54,379 bases of DNA from an uncultured Flavobacteriaceae bacterium (GCA_964563585.1 CAZLXG010000004.1:8594-62972); one strand, 5' to 3'; counted from the first letter of the stretch, positions 1 through 11,400 are shown. Made by a program: numbers and translations. The notes: generated by a model not told the origin, from the letters alone.

Positions 1-330
1 GGTTTATCTAAAATTATAGTGAATTCTACATTAAAAAAGCCAAATATTGCTGGTGAAGAAGAGAACCTAACGTTTGCAGAAAAGCGTAAAAAAACACTTG
101 TTAATTTTAAAACAGCCGCAGATATTTTAAGAGCAAGTGACGATGTATCAGAATATAAATTAGTTTTTAAAAATGAAAACGGAACTTTTGAACTTCCTTT
201 TTGGAATAATTTAAACGGACCCATTGGTGATGCTATTTGGCATTGCGGACAAGTAATTTCGTTTAGACGTAGTTCTGGGAATCCTTACAACTCTAAAGCA
301 AGTGTTTTTACAGGAAAAGTAAGTGAGTAA
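1..330 (+). CDS. 3-prime part of a hypothetical protein gene, open to the left window edge
   Basis: The frame is open from base 1 (GLSKIIVNST...), so the GTG at 19 in the ORF track is probably internal. Stop at 328-330. The tail AIWHCGQVISFRRSSGNPYN is reminiscent of DinB-superfamily proteins, but this is unverified. Confidence 0.4.
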   Translation, partial: GLSKIIVNSTLKKPNIAGEEENLTFAEKRKKTLVNFKTAADILRASDDVSEYKLVFKNENGTFELPFWNNLNGPIGDAIWHCGQVISFRRSSGNPYNSKASVFTGKVSE

Positions 331-339
331 TAGTGTTTC

Positions 340-1518
340 TTACAAATAACTCAACCACCATTTATCTTTATTATTTGCCTTATAAATCATATATTTTTTA
401 CAAACGGGATAGAGTAATAGTATAACACTTATCCAAACACAATAAACAACAACCAAAGAATAGCCGTAGTTTAAAAGCTTAGCATTCATAAAAACATCGG
501 CGGTTAATATCATATCTTTCCAATTACCACCAAAAATAAGCATACCAATTATTGCTAATACATGAATAACAAAAACATGTAAGAAATAATAAAGTAATGG
601 AACACGACCAAAAACTAGAAAGAAACCAGATAACTTGTTTTTAATATTTTCAACCCAATAAAGAAATAATAAAGAGGGTCCCATTGTTATTAATAAATAT
701 GAAAGTGATGGAGGATATTTTGTAACATTGAAAAACGAAAAAATTGTTTTTACTGTTGTGTCTTGAGTTGACCAAGGCACTAAATCACCATATACATTAA
801 CACCTCTTATAATAAAGAACAAGGCAATGGACGTAAAACCTATACGTAACAGCCATTTTTTTCTAACAGCAACATCAAAACCTTTAGTGTAGAACGTACC
901 AAAACAATAGCCTAAAGTTATTAATCCAAACCAAGGAATAATGGGGTAGACAAATACAAATTGAGTGTCTCCTATTGATATAAATTGTTGTTGATGTAAT
1001 ATATACCAAACTATAGATTTTAGGCTGTTACCTTGCAAAACTACACCATCTAATAGATTATGTCCAGCAACTAATACTAACCCAATTATAAGTAATGCTC
1101 TAAAGGGTAAATAAATTATCAATGATAATAATACCATACATAAACCTATTGCCCAAATTACTTGAAGAAAAATAAGACTATAAGTGAAATCAAATTTCCA
1201 AACTAAATTGTTAACCACAAATGCTAGAAAAACAAGCCAAAACCCTCTAGTAAATAAAAATTTAAAGAGTTGATTTTTTGTTTTTTTACTACCATATAAA
1301 AATGCAGAAGTACCCGCTAAAAAAATAAATACAGGTGCGCAATAATGCGTTATAAATCTGGTAAAAAACAGAATAGGAGTAGTGGTTTCTATATTAGAAG
1401 GATCTGAGAAAAACGAGCCATAATGGAAAAAATCTCTAACATGGTCTAGAGCCATAATAACCATAGCAACACCTCTTAAAATGTCTATAGATTCAATGCG
1501 GTTGGTTTTAATTTGCAT
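340..1518 (-). CDS. DUF1624 / heparan-alpha-glucosaminide N-acetyltransferase-like integral membrane protein
   Basis: 392 aa and polytopic. The N-terminus IESIDILRGVAMVIMALDHVRDFF is the typical DUF1624 acyltransferase-like signature. Confidence 0.7.
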   Translation of the reverse strand: MQIKTNRIESIDILRGVAMVIMALDHVRDFFHYGSFFSDPSNIETTTPILFFTRFITHYCAPVFIFLAGTSAFLYGSKKTKNQLFKFLFTRGFWLVFLAFVVNNLVWKFDFTYSLIFLQVIWAIGLCMVLLSLIIYLPFRALLIIGLVLVAGHNLLDGVVLQGNSLKSIVWYILHQQQFISIGDTQFVFVYPIIPWFGLITLGYCFGTFYTKGFDVAVRKKWLLRIGFTSIALFFIIRGVNVYGDLVPWSTQDTTVKTIFSFFNVTKYPPSLSYLLITMGPSLLFLYWVENIKNKLSGFFLVFGRVPLLYYFLHVFVIHVLAIIGMLIFGGNWKDMILTADVFMNAKLLNYGYSLVVVYCVWISVILLLYPVCKKYMIYKANNKDKWWLSYL

Positions 1519-1617
1519 AAGTTTTAAATTTATGTTTTTTGAAAAATGAAAAAGACTTAGGGAAGAATTTTATAAAGATATAAAATTCTTTTTTTACCGT
1601 ATCCTTTTATTAAAAAC

Positions 1618-2538
1618 CTAACTACTCTTATGTAGTTTCTGCATTTGTTTTATGGTAAGTGTGCTTCCGTCATGGCTCCAACCTGGTGCAGCAAAAGCAT
1701 ACATGAATTTATGATACCAGTTTTTAGATTTCTTCATGTCGTTCCAAATATCTTTATATTCATGTGTAAGAATAACTAATGGATTATAAGAGTTTGGTGC
1801 ATGTGTAACACCATATTTAATATCAATAGTTTCATCTAGCTCTTTCCAAGTTCCAAAAATCTTATCAAAAATATTTAAAAAACCACCATGATTTTTATCC
1901 ATATATTCAATATTTTGGGCATGATGTACTTGATGCATTGTATGTGTATTGAATACTTTTTCAATAATACCCATTTTGGGTACGTATACCGAATGTAATT
2001 GAAATTGCCATAGTGCTTCAATACCTAAACAAACCACTAACATTTCTGGAGGAAAACCAACTGCTGGAATCCACATATAGAAAAATGGTTTATAAAAAAT
2101 CGTGAACCAACCATTACGTACTGCTGTCCCTAAATTATAATTATCAGAAGAATGATGCACAATATGTGCAGCCCAAAGAAACCGAATAGTATGATTTTGA
2201 CGATGGAACCAATAATAACTAAAATCGTCCACTAATTGGCATGCCAACCAAATATACCAAGCATAACCAAAAGATTCCCAACCCATAATATTCATACGAA
2301 CACCATCAACTAACGGGTTGAAAACTTCATAAACATAATTAAAAAGAACAATAGCTGCTATTGTTTTGGTAAGTGGAGCTAATATTGCAGATCCAATTCC
2401 CATAGTAAGACTAGCCGCTAAATCTTTCCATTTGTATAAGTTTTTTTTTTCTTTATTACGTTTGCTATATATTAATTCGAGTAAAATGAAACCAATAAAA
2501 GCTGGTGCACCATAAACGAGAGGGTTAGTGAGGTCCAT
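1618..2538 (-). CDS. sterol desaturase / fatty acid hydroxylase family membrane protein
   Basis: 306 aa with the three histidine boxes HRQNH, HIVHH and HQVHH, spaced as in the di-iron fatty acid hydroxylase superfamily. Confidence 0.8.
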   Translation of the reverse strand: MDLTNPLVYGAPAFIGFILLELIYSKRNKEKKNLYKWKDLAASLTMGIGSAILAPLTKTIAAIVLFNYVYEVFNPLVDGVRMNIMGWESFGYAWYIWLACQLVDDFSYYWFHRQNHTIRFLWAAHIVHHSSDNYNLGTAVRNGWFTIFYKPFFYMWIPAVGFPPEMLVVCLGIEALWQFQLHSVYVPKMGIIEKVFNTHTMHQVHHAQNIEYMDKNHGGFLNIFDKIFGTWKELDETIDIKYGVTHAPNSYNPLVILTHEYKDIWNDMKKSKNWYHKFMYAFAAPGWSHDGSTLTIKQMQKLHKSS

Positions 2539-2609
2539 TAAAGTATTTTTGTTTCCCCAAAAATAGTATGATTTTTTACTTATACACTATAAAATTTCCT
2601 TTTTAAATG

Positions 2610-2643
2610 AAAAACCCTCTTTGAACTAAATTGTTTAAAGAGG
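2610..2643 (-). terminator. probable rho-independent terminator of lysA
   Basis: Read on the minus strand: stem cctctttaaac / gttcaaagagg (one mismatch) followed by gtttttcattt. It lies about 20 nt after the lysA stop. Confidence 0.5.
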
Positions 2644-2664
2644 ATTTAGATATAGAAGGTGTTT

Positions 2665-3909
2665 TTACTTCGCTAAAGCAGGTTCTTTTTTTGTTGAAAA
2701 ATCGATTTCAATTTGATTTTTTATAATATCATCAAACGTTTCTCTTTTTCTAATTAAATGCGCTTTGTTGTTATGCCACAAAACTTCAGCAGGACGATAA
2801 CGAGAGTTATAATTACTTGCCATTGAAAAACAATAAGCTCCTGCGTTTTTAAAACATAAAATATCGCTTTCATTTATCTCGTTAATTCTGCGATTGTTTC
2901 CAAAAGTATCAGTTTCACATATATAACCTACAACCGTATAAAAACGTTCGCGACCTTTTGGGTTAGAAATGTTTATAATATCATGATGCGAACCATAAAA
3001 CATAGGGCGAATTAAATGATTGAACCCAGAATCAACTTGCGCAAAAACCGTTGAGGTTGTTTGTTTTACTGCATTTACCTTAGTTAAAAAATTTCCAGAT
3101 TCGCTAACTAAAAATTTACCAGGTTCGAAAGCTAAGATTAAATCTTTACCATATTCTTTACAGAATTGATTAAATCTAGCAGATAATTTTGTGCCAAATT
3201 CTTCAATATTAGTTTCTATATCACCTAACTTATAAGGAACTTTAAAACCAGAACCAAAATCAATAAAATCTAAATTTTTAAAATGTTTAGCTGTATCAAA
3301 CAAAATTTCACTGGCATATAAAAACACATCAATATCTAAAATATCACTACCAGTATGCATATGTATACCATTAATATTCATTTTTGTATTTTCAATAATG
3401 CGTAATAAATGTGGGATTTGATGAATTGAAATACCAAATTTAGAATCTATATGTCCTACAGAAATATTACTATTTCCACCTGCCATAACATGTGGGTTTA
3501 TACGAATACAAACCGGTGTTTTAGGATACTTTGTTCCAAATTGTTCTAATATAGCTAGGTTATCGATATTAATTTGAACTCTTAGTTTTGCAGCTTCTTC
3601 AATTTCTGTTAACGACACACCATTTGGTGTATAAATAATTTGCTTTGGTAAAAAACCAGCAGCTAAGCCAAGTTTTATTTCTTGAATTGAAACCGTATCT
3701 ATACAAGAACCTAAAGATTTAAATAACTTAAGTATTGATATATTTGATAATGCCTTTACAGCATAATTTATTTTTAAAGATTTAACGCTTTTAAATGCGT
3801 TAGTTAAGCGTTTGTATTGTGCTGTGATTTTTTCAGCATCATAAACATAAACTGGACTTCCGTATTCTTTTGCTATTTTTAGCAACTGTTCGTTTACCAT
3901 GGTATTCAA
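2665..3909 (-). CDS. lysA: diaminopimelate decarboxylase (PLP-dependent, group IV decarboxylase)
   Basis: 414 aa. Shows the YAVKA PLP-lysine region (INYAVKALSN), HMHTGS, the GSGF glycine loop, EPGKFLV and the C-terminal CE.D motif (GYICETDTF), typical of LysA. Confidence 0.85.
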   Translation of the reverse strand: MNTMVNEQLLKIAKEYGSPVYVYDAEKITAQYKRLTNAFKSVKSLKINYAVKALSNISILKLFKSLGSCIDTVSIQEIKLGLAAGFLPKQIIYTPNGVSLTEIEEAAKLRVQINIDNLAILEQFGTKYPKTPVCIRINPHVMAGGNSNISVGHIDSKFGISIHQIPHLLRIIENTKMNINGIHMHTGSDILDIDVFLYASEILFDTAKHFKNLDFIDFGSGFKVPYKLGDIETNIEEFGTKLSARFNQFCKEYGKDLILAFEPGKFLVSESGNFLTKVNAVKQTTSTVFAQVDSGFNHLIRPMFYGSHHDIINISNPKGRERFYTVVGYICETDTFGNNRRINEINESDILCFKNAGAYCFSMASNYNSRYRPAEVLWHNNKAHLIRKRETFDDIIKNQIEIDFSTKKEPALAK

Positions 3910-4061
3910 TTTTCACCAAAGATATTTTTTTAGTTTTAATAAAAAATAAAAAATCATAAAATTAATTAAATTAAACAAAATGTTAATTATTTAACAATAT
4001 AATTTATATTTTAATCAGTGTATTCTTAAATAAAATATTAGTGTAATTAGTAGCTATTATA

Positions 4062-4069
4062 TACATTTG
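4062..4069 (+). promoter_or_regulatory. candidate Bacteroidota -7 promoter box (TAnnTTTG) for sucC
   Basis: tacatttg lies 27 nt upstream of the sucC ATG. No clean -33 TTG was found at the canonical spacing. Confidence 0.35.
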
Positions 4070-4095
4070 CTAATCTTAAAACCATTAAGCAAATT

Positions 4096-5286
4096 ATGAA
4101 TTTACACGAATATCAAGGTAAAGAAATATTGAGCAGTTTTGGTGTGCGTATCCAACGTGGTATTGTTGCACAAAACGCAAATGAAGCTGTTGCAGCTGCA
4201 AAACAATTAACAGCAGAAACCGGAACAGGTTGGCATGTTATAAAAGCACAAATTCACGCTGGTGGGCGAGGTAAAGGTGGTGGTGTTAAATTGGCAAAAA
4301 GCCTTAAAGAAGTTGAAGAGATTGCAGGGCAAATAATAGGAATGGATTTGGTAACGCCTCAAACATCTGCTGCTGGTAAACGTGTTCATCAAGTTTTAGT
4401 TACTGAGGATGTTTATTATCCAGGTGAAAGTGAAACAAGTGAGTTTTATGTATCTGTTTTATTAAATAGAAGCACAGGACGTAATATGATTATGTATTCT
4501 ACCGAAGGTGGAATGGATATTGAAACTGTTGCAGAAGAAACACCTCATTTAATATTTAAAGAAGAAATTGACCCAGCTGTTGGATTAATGCCTTTTCAAG
4601 CAAGACGCGTTGCTTTTAATTTAGGATTATCTGGATTAGCTTTTAAAGAAATGACAAAATTTATTGTAAACCTTTATACGGCTTACGTAAAATCAGATTC
4701 ATCTTTATTTGAAATTAATCCTGTTTTAAAAACAAGCGATAATAAAATAATGGCAGTTGATGCTAAAGTTACTATTGATGACAATGCACTATACAGACAT
4801 AAAGATTATGTTGATTTACGAGATTTACGTGAAGAAAGTGCTATTGAAGTTGAAGCTGGAGCTTTAGGATTAAACTATGTGGATTTAGAAGGGAATGTTG
4901 GATGTATGGTGAATGGTGCTGGTTTAGCAATGGCAACCATGGATTTAATTAAACAAGCTGGTGGAGAACCTGCTAACTTTTTAGATGTTGGAGGAACTGC
5001 TGATGCGGCACGTGTTGAAGCTGCATTTAGAATTATTTTGAAAGACCCAGAAGTAAAAGCTATTTTAATAAATATTTTTGGTGGTATTGTAAGATGTGAC
5101 CGTGTAGCACAAGGTGTTATTGATGCGTATAAAAATATGGGAAATATTAGTGTACCAATTATTGTACGTTTACAAGGAACCAATGCAGATATAGCAAAAG
5201 AACTTATTGATAAATCTGGTTTAGATGTTATGAGTGCAACTGAATTTCAAGAAGCTGCTGATAAAGTACAGGAAGTTTTAGGTTAA
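4096..5286 (+). CDS. sucC: succinate--CoA ligase (ADP-forming) beta subunit
   Basis: 396 aa. MNLHEYQGKEIL N-terminus, ATP-grasp region KAQIHAGGRGKGGGVK, and C-terminal GCMVNGAGLAMATMD and INIFGGI motifs. Confidence 0.95.
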   Translation: MNLHEYQGKEILSSFGVRIQRGIVAQNANEAVAAAKQLTAETGTGWHVIKAQIHAGGRGKGGGVKLAKSLKEVEEIAGQIIGMDLVTPQTSAAGKRVHQVLVTEDVYYPGESETSEFYVSVLLNRSTGRNMIMYSTEGGMDIETVAEETPHLIFKEEIDPAVGLMPFQARRVAFNLGLSGLAFKEMTKFIVNLYTAYVKSDSSLFEINPVLKTSDNKIMAVDAKVTIDDNALYRHKDYVDLRDLREESAIEVEAGALGLNYVDLEGNVGCMVNGAGLAMATMDLIKQAGGEPANFLDVGGTADAARVEAAFRIILKDPEVKAILINIFGGIVRCDRVAQGVIDAYKNMGNISVPIIVRLQGTNADIAKELIDKSGLDVMSATEFQEAADKVQEVLG

Positions 5287-5330
5287 AAATTGTTATGCTG
5301 AACTTGTTTTAGTATTTTATTATAAATTAA

Positions 5331-5360
5331 AAGAGCAACGTTAATTGTTGCTCTTTTTTT
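5331..5360 (+). terminator. rho-independent terminator after sucC
   Basis: Stem aagagcaac / gttgctctt followed by a T7 run. It overlaps the last codons of the convergent DUF1456 gene. Confidence 0.55.
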
Positions 5361-5607
5361 GTTTTGTTTTTTGTGATTCATCTTTTTTTGGTCTCGGACC
5401 ACGTAAATGAATAACCAATCCGTTTAAAAAATTACGTAAAATTTGGTCACCACATTCCATATATTTTGGATGGTCTTCTTTTCTAAAAAAAGCACCTAAC
5501 TCACTTTTCGAAATTCTAAAATCTACAAGTGCTAATATCTTTACAATATCATCATCACGTAATTTTAAAGCTACTCGTAATTTTTTTAAAATATCATTAT
5601 TTGTCAT
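5341..5607 (-). CDS. DUF1456 (YehS-like) family protein
   Basis: 88 aa. MTNNDILKKLRVALKLRDDDIVKIL and SKSELGAFFRKEDHPKY match the DUF1456 repeat signature. Confidence 0.7.
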   Translation of the reverse strand: MTNNDILKKLRVALKLRDDDIVKILALVDFRISKSELGAFFRKEDHPKYMECGDQILRNFLNGLVIHLRGPRPKKDESQKTKQKKSNN

Positions 5608-5972
5608 TCCTATAGTTTAGTTTTTTCAACTTGCGTTTTATCGATCATTATAAAAACACATGTTCTATTAGCGTTTTTGAAATTTTTGTAAAGGTACTTC
5701 AAATATTTTGTTTGCTACATGCTGTTTTTGATTGCAAAATTAACGGTAATTATCTGATAATTAGTTATTTGAATTCATTATTAGAGCTGATGAGAAATAT
5801 TATAAAACACGATTTGTCTGATTTTATTGACTATTTTATTTATTATAATTGTTGAAACAAATAAAAAACCCGATTAAAAACATACCACTTTTCGATAAGT
5901 TACATTATATCTACGATTATAAAAAAGGGGTTCTGTTGTATATTTATAGTATAATTATTTAATCCCTTAGAG

Positions 5973-6386
5973 ATGGTTAATAGAGTAGAAAAATTAAGTC
6001 TTTTATCAGAAATGATAGCATTTGCAAAATATGATAAAGACATAAGAAATATAGAATATAATTTTTTATTAGGTGTTGCAAAACAACTTGAAATAACTCG
6101 TGAAGATTTTGAGTATTTAATTGAACATCCAGTTTCATATACACATTTAAAATCTCATAGTGAGCGTATTGTACAATTTCATCGATTAGTATTATTGATG
6201 AATATTGAAAGTAATAATGTAGAAGGGAAAAATTCTGCTGGTGTTATAAAATTATACAATTTTGGTTTAAGAATGGGGCTAAGTCATGAGTCTATTACTA
6301 AGGTTTTATATTTAATGGAAAGTTTTCCAAATAAAATTGTACCACCAGATGTATTAATAGATATTTTTAAAACACAGTATAATTAA
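5973..6386 (+). CDS. hypothetical protein, possibly TerB-like
   Basis: 137 aa helical protein. The pattern LSLLSEMIAFAKYDKDIRNIEYNFL resembles TerB/DjlA-N type domains. The assignment is weak. Confidence 0.4.
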   Translation: MVNRVEKLSLLSEMIAFAKYDKDIRNIEYNFLLGVAKQLEITREDFEYLIEHPVSYTHLKSHSERIVQFHRLVLLMNIESNNVEGKNSAGVIKLYNFGLRMGLSHESITKVLYLMESFPNKIVPPDVLIDIFKTQYN

Positions 6387-6432
6387 GATTTTATTGCTAA
6401 GTTTAATTTTAGTGTTGATACTTAGATTTTTT

Positions 6433-6465
6433 GAAAAGCTAAAAGTTTTAAACTTTTAGCTTTTC
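6433..6465 (+). terminator. long perfect palindrome after the 5973-6386 gene (possible terminator)
   Basis: gaaaagctaaaagttt / aaacttttagcttttc, followed on the plus strand by a T-rich tail. It straddles the uvrB stop codon. Confidence 0.4.
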
Positions 6466-8451
6466 TAGTTTATTTTGGTAAGTTTTAATATCGTCGCGTA
6501 ATTTTGCAGCAATAATAAAATCTAAAGCTTTAGCAGCCTGCTCCATAAGTTTACGTTTTTCTCTAATTTTCTTTTCTAATTCAGGTTTACTTAAGTATTC
6601 GTTTTCTGGTTCGGCGGCTCTTAAAGCTTCTAATTCGTAACTATAAGTGCTTACAGAATTTTTTGACAAAGCATTATTTAAACTTTTGTTTAAAGATTTT
6701 GGTGTGATATTATGTTTTGTATTGTATGCAATTTGTTTTTCACGTCTGTATTCAGTTTCATCAATAGTTTTTTGCATGCTTTTAGTGATTTTATCAGCAT
6801 ACATAATAGCTTTTCCATTTAGGTTTCTTGCAGCTCTACCAACAGTTTGGGTAAGTGAACGCGCCGAACGTAAAAAACCTTCTTTATCAGCATCTAAAAT
6901 GGCGACCAATGATACTTCTGGTAAATCTAATCCTTCACGAAGTAAGTTTACACCAACTAGCACATCAAATATGCCTTTACGTAAGTCTTGCATGATTTCA
7001 ACACGTTCTAATGTATCTACATCACTATGGATATAACGACAGCGTATTTGAATTCTATCTAAGTATTTCGTTAATTCCTCTGCCATTCGTTTGGTAAGGG
7101 TTGTAATTAAAGTACGCTCGTCTTTTTCAACACGTTGTTGAATTTCTTCTATTAAATCATCTATTTGATTTAAACTTGGACGAATTTCTATAATTGGGTC
7201 TAATAAACCTGTTGGACGAATTACTTGTTCAACAAAAATACCATCTGTTTTTTGAAGCTCATAATCAGCAGGTGTTGCACTAACATAAATGACTTGGTTT
7301 TGGATGGCTTCAAATTCTTCAAATTTTAATGGTCTATTATCCATAGCAGCCGGAAGTCTAAAACCATATTCTACTAAATTTTCTTTTCTACTTCTGTCTC
7401 CACCATACATGGCGTGTACTTGAGAAATGGTTACATGACTTTCATCTACTACCATTAAATAATCATCTGGAAAATAATCTAATAAACAAAACGGTCGTGT
7501 TCCAGGAGCCCGTCCGTCTAAATACCTTGAATAGTTTTCTATACCTGAACAATACCCTAATTCTCGAATCATTTCTAAATCGAATTCGGTACGTTCTTTT
7601 AAACGTTTTGCTTCTAAATGTTTACCAATTTCTTTAAAGTAATCGTGCTGTTTTACTAAATCTACTTGGATTTCTTTAATAGCACCTTGAAGTACATCTG
7701 GTGAAGTAACAAACATGTTTGCAGGATAAATAGTTAGTCTGTCATACTTTTCTACAACTTTATTGGTTTGAATATTAAAGGATTCAATATCTTCAATTTC
7801 ATCTCCAAAAAAGTGAATTCTAAAAGCATCATCTGCATAACTTGGAAATATATCAACGGTGTCTCCTTTTATTCTGAAGTTTCCATGTTTAAAATCGGCT
7901 TCAGTTCTAGAATATAAACTTTGTACTAATTGATGTAATAGTTTTGTTCTGGAAATAACTTGGTCACGTTTTATAGTAACTACATTTTTTTGAAACTCAA
8001 TAGGGTTTCCAATACCATAAATACAAGAAACTGATGCAATTACTAAAACATCACGACGACCCGAAAGTAGGGAAGACGTGGCGCTTAATCGCATTTTTTC
8101 TATTTCTTCATTAATTGATAAATCTTTTTCTATATAAACACCAGAAACAGGAATGTAGGCTTCGGGTTGATAATAATCGTAATATGACACAAAATATTCT
8201 ACTGCATTGTTTGGGAAAAATTGTTTGAATTCAGAATATAATTGTGCAGCAAGTGTTTTATTATGTGCTAAAACTAAAGTTGGCTTTTGTACTTCTTCAA
8301 TAACATTTGCAACTGTAAATGTTTTACCAGAACCTGTTACACCAAGTAGAGTTTGGTACTTTTCATTGGAGTTAATTCCGTTTACAAGTTGTTTTATTGC
8401 TTGTGGTTGGTCGCCTGTTGGACTAAATTCAGATTCAATTTTAAATTGCAT
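6448..8451 (-). CDS. uvrB: excinuclease ABC subunit B
   Basis: 667 aa. Walker A GVTGSGKT, DESH box (VVDESHVT), helicase motifs, beta-hairpin region YYDYYQPEAY, and a C-terminal UVR domain. Confidence 0.97.
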   Translation of the reverse strand: MQFKIESEFSPTGDQPQAIKQLVNGINSNEKYQTLLGVTGSGKTFTVANVIEEVQKPTLVLAHNKTLAAQLYSEFKQFFPNNAVEYFVSYYDYYQPEAYIPVSGVYIEKDLSINEEIEKMRLSATSSLLSGRRDVLVIASVSCIYGIGNPIEFQKNVVTIKRDQVISRTKLLHQLVQSLYSRTEADFKHGNFRIKGDTVDIFPSYADDAFRIHFFGDEIEDIESFNIQTNKVVEKYDRLTIYPANMFVTSPDVLQGAIKEIQVDLVKQHDYFKEIGKHLEAKRLKERTEFDLEMIRELGYCSGIENYSRYLDGRAPGTRPFCLLDYFPDDYLMVVDESHVTISQVHAMYGGDRSRKENLVEYGFRLPAAMDNRPLKFEEFEAIQNQVIYVSATPADYELQKTDGIFVEQVIRPTGLLDPIIEIRPSLNQIDDLIEEIQQRVEKDERTLITTLTKRMAEELTKYLDRIQIRCRYIHSDVDTLERVEIMQDLRKGIFDVLVGVNLLREGLDLPEVSLVAILDADKEGFLRSARSLTQTVGRAARNLNGKAIMYADKITKSMQKTIDETEYRREKQIAYNTKHNITPKSLNKSLNNALSKNSVSTYSYELEALRAAEPENEYLSKPELEKKIREKRKLMEQAAKALDFIIAAKLRDDIKTYQNKLEKLKV

Positions 8452-8476
8452 TTTACAAAATTACACAAAATATAAA

Positions 8477-11400
8477 TTAACGCTTCAATGCAAAATGACC
8501 TTTAACATCAAAATCTTCACCATTTTGTTTCACTTTTGCAACAAACCAATAATCATCTGACGGCATATTTTCACCTCTGAAAGTTCCATCCCACCCAATT
8601 GAAGTATGAGGTAAGGTTTTAATTAGTTTTCCGTGTCGGTTATAAATGTAAACAATGGTTCCTGGAATTTGATCTATACCTATAATATGCCAAGTATCGT
8701 AATGTCCATCATTATTTGGAGTTACAAATTTTGGAATATCAATAACGACTACTTCAGTAGTAACATCTTTACAGCCATTTAAATCTCTTATTGTTACGAT
8801 GTGAAGTCCGAAAGTTACATTTTCAAAAACATTAGAAGTTTGTGGCTCACCATCATCTAACATAAATACATAATCGCCAATACCACTTATGTTTACAGTA
8901 ATACTATTCGGGTCTGCAAAGTCTACTGTGGTTGTAAAGTTAATGGTCGCGTCTTCAGATTCAATAACTGAAAAAGCTTTAGTGTATTCACAATTATCAA
9001 GTGTTGTTACTGTTAACCAATAATCGCCTAAGTCATTTAGTCCCAATTGTATTTCTGAAGTAATTTCTCCTGTCGACCATAAATACGTGTCACCACTATT
9101 TCCTGTATTTCCATCAATGATTAAAGGTAAATCATTAATACAAAGTGGTACAACATTTTCAATAGGAATAATAGGTAAAGGATTTACTTGAGCAATAAAT
9201 TGAGTAATATTATAACACCCAGTTGTATTATTTTCAATTCTAGTATAAATAGTTTCACCATCAATTGCTGCGTACATATTGCTTAATGAATTGCTAGCGT
9301 TTTCTGCATTTGTTATATCGTTATAATATGTAACTGCAAACGAAGAAGGGTTTTGAGTTCCTAATACATCATTTGTATTTGCTGATAAATCAAATTCAAA
9401 AAAGCCATCAAAATCATCATCACAACTTATTAGGTTTGGTGGTGTATTAGCAGTTGGATTTGGATTTATTTGTAAATTAAAAGGCACCGTTATTGGACAA
9501 CCAATATTTAAATCGATAATCCTTGCATAAATAGTAGTTAAAGCTGATGTGTAATTGTATAGATTACCTATAGCTGCTACATTATTATCTGCATCATTTT
9601 GATTGTTATGATACGATATATTTACCAAACTAGTATCGGTTACTAATAAATTACTTGCTTCAGATAAATTAAAAGTAGCAGAATCATTATCACAAATTTG
9701 TATAGTTGTAATTGTATTTGTTGCTGGTGGAAGTATTACTAATAATTCTAAAGGAATTACACTAAAACAACCTGTTAATATATTTGCAACTTTAATATAG
9801 GTTGTTCTTGTATTTGAGATAAAGTTTGTTGGATCAATAATTTCATTGCTATTATCCAACCCATCATCTTGATTAATATCTTCAAAATTTTCAAAATAGT
9901 TTACAATTAAATCAGTTTGTAGTCTGTCTAGAATTTCAAAATCGGCAGTTTCTAAATTAAAAGTAACGAACCCATCATAATCTGTATCACAAGACTCCAT
10001 TGTTGAAGCTTCAGTAATATCTGGCGAAGCAATAATATTAATACCTAATTCTTCTACAATATGACAGAATGAATCACCACTTTCTATTCTTACATAAAGT
10101 GTTTGTGGGTTTTGAATATTTGTATACTGCAATGCTTGTGCATTCGCATTATTTTCTGCATCGGTTGGATTTAAATGAAATGAAATATTAAGGTTATCTG
10201 GTGAGCCTTGAGATATTTCTGTGATTTTCGCTGTTAAATCGAAAACATGAAAACCATCATTACTAATATCATCACAAATTAAATATGGAATAATTGGATT
10301 GTAAACTGGGTCTGGTGATACTTGTAAATCAAATGTCGAAGTAGCAAAACAAGAGGAATCTGTAATGTTTTCAACTCTTACATAAACTATTTGTGGGCTT
10401 ATTGTGTTTTGGAAGATTGAATTTTTATCAATAGGAATAGTGAAAAGAGCATCTTCAAAATAAAATACTTCTTTTCCAGTTTGCCCATTTAAAATTTCAG
10501 TGTCTTTATCAACAAGTAGAAAATCGGCAATAACATCTCCATCATCTTCACATATTTGAAAATTAGTAATTGTAGGTATATCTGGAAGTGTATTTACTGT
10601 TACATTAAACGTTACAATATTATAACAACCAGAACTTGAATTTTCAACGCGTATAAAAATTGATTGTGTGTTTGTGTTATATGATGTTCTGTTAGTGATT
10701 GCATTTGTATTTATATCTGCATCATTAAAAGAAGTGAAAAAATCAATATTTAAACCTGTGGTACTTGGTAGTATTTCTGGAATTTTATCTTCCAAATTTA
10801 TTATTGAAAATCCATCTTGATCGTTATCACAAATCAGTAAAAGTGTTGGTTCTATAACAGCAGGAGCGACTATAATTTGAATTTCTAAAGGATTAACGCT
10901 GAAACACCCTGTATCAATATTTTCAATACGAGCAAATATGTTTTCTACAGAGGTAGTATTCGTATAAAAAGGTGGTAGTTGGTTGGTGTTGTTTTCTGCA
11001 TCAAGTTGAGTAGGGTAATAACTAACTTCAAAATTTGTATTTCCACCTGTTATATCACTATCAAATGATGTAAGATCAATACTAATAATACCATCATCAT
11101 CTGTATCACAATATAGGTAGGGACTTGTTTGATTGAATAATAAAATTGGATTTACTAATAATGTAATTTCAGTTTTTTCAATACAATCTCCATTGTCTAT
11201 TTTAATAAATAATATACTTGGACTTGTAGCTGAATAAAAAATAGATTTATCTAGTGCGTTAGTATCATTGTCAATATCTAATTGTGTTTCGTAAAATGTA
11301 ACTATAATGTTAGGTAAATCGTTTGCAATAAATAATTCAAGTGCAAGAAGGTCAAAATTTAAAGTATCAGTAGTATCATCGTTATTATCACATAATGCAA

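Noticed and set aside
3910-4095. A lysine riboswitch upstream of lysA; also looked for upstream of dapD at 32892-33180.
   Set aside because: Both leaders are extremely AT-rich and lack the conserved G-rich junction segments of the L-box. Only isolated A/T hairpins were seen, for example tgataaaaa/ttttttatca near 32973-33000.
4207-5183. Antisense ORFs within sucC (4207-4392 and 4875-5183). Similar antisense or overlapping ORFs occur at 6647-7036, 8207-8560, 12396-12578, 12921-13253, 19195-19494, 27642-27824, 31384-31599, 32668-32901, 34154-34477, 35061-35270, 36426-36644, 37374-37556, 41277-41459, 41973-42173, 43616-43879, 43908-44387, 47138-47338, 48234-48443, 49798-50007 and 51114-51317.
   Set aside because: Each lies opposite to, or out of frame within, a gene with clear family motifs. 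None shows a recognisable motif, signal peptide or independent start context.
5288-5315. The imperfect palindrome ttatgctgaacttgttttagtat right after sucC, considered as a copy of a dispersed Bacteroidota palindromic repeat.
   Set aside because: The arms are degenerate (gctgaa versus tttagt), and I found only one copy in this window. The stronger hairpin at 5331-5360 already explains termination.
5631-5855. A 74-aa ORF in the 365-bp spacer between the DUF1456 gene and the 5973 gene.
   Set aside because: It has a TTG start and low-complexity Ile/Phe/Tyr/Asn-rich sequence with no recognisable features. The spacer is better treated as a divergent promoter region. I also looked for a riboswitch-like structure there and found none.
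6433-6465. The palindrome as the uvrB terminator.
   Set aside because: On the minus strand it straddles the uvrB stop codon and is followed by an A-run rather than a T-run. It can only plausibly terminate the plus-strand 5973-6386 gene.
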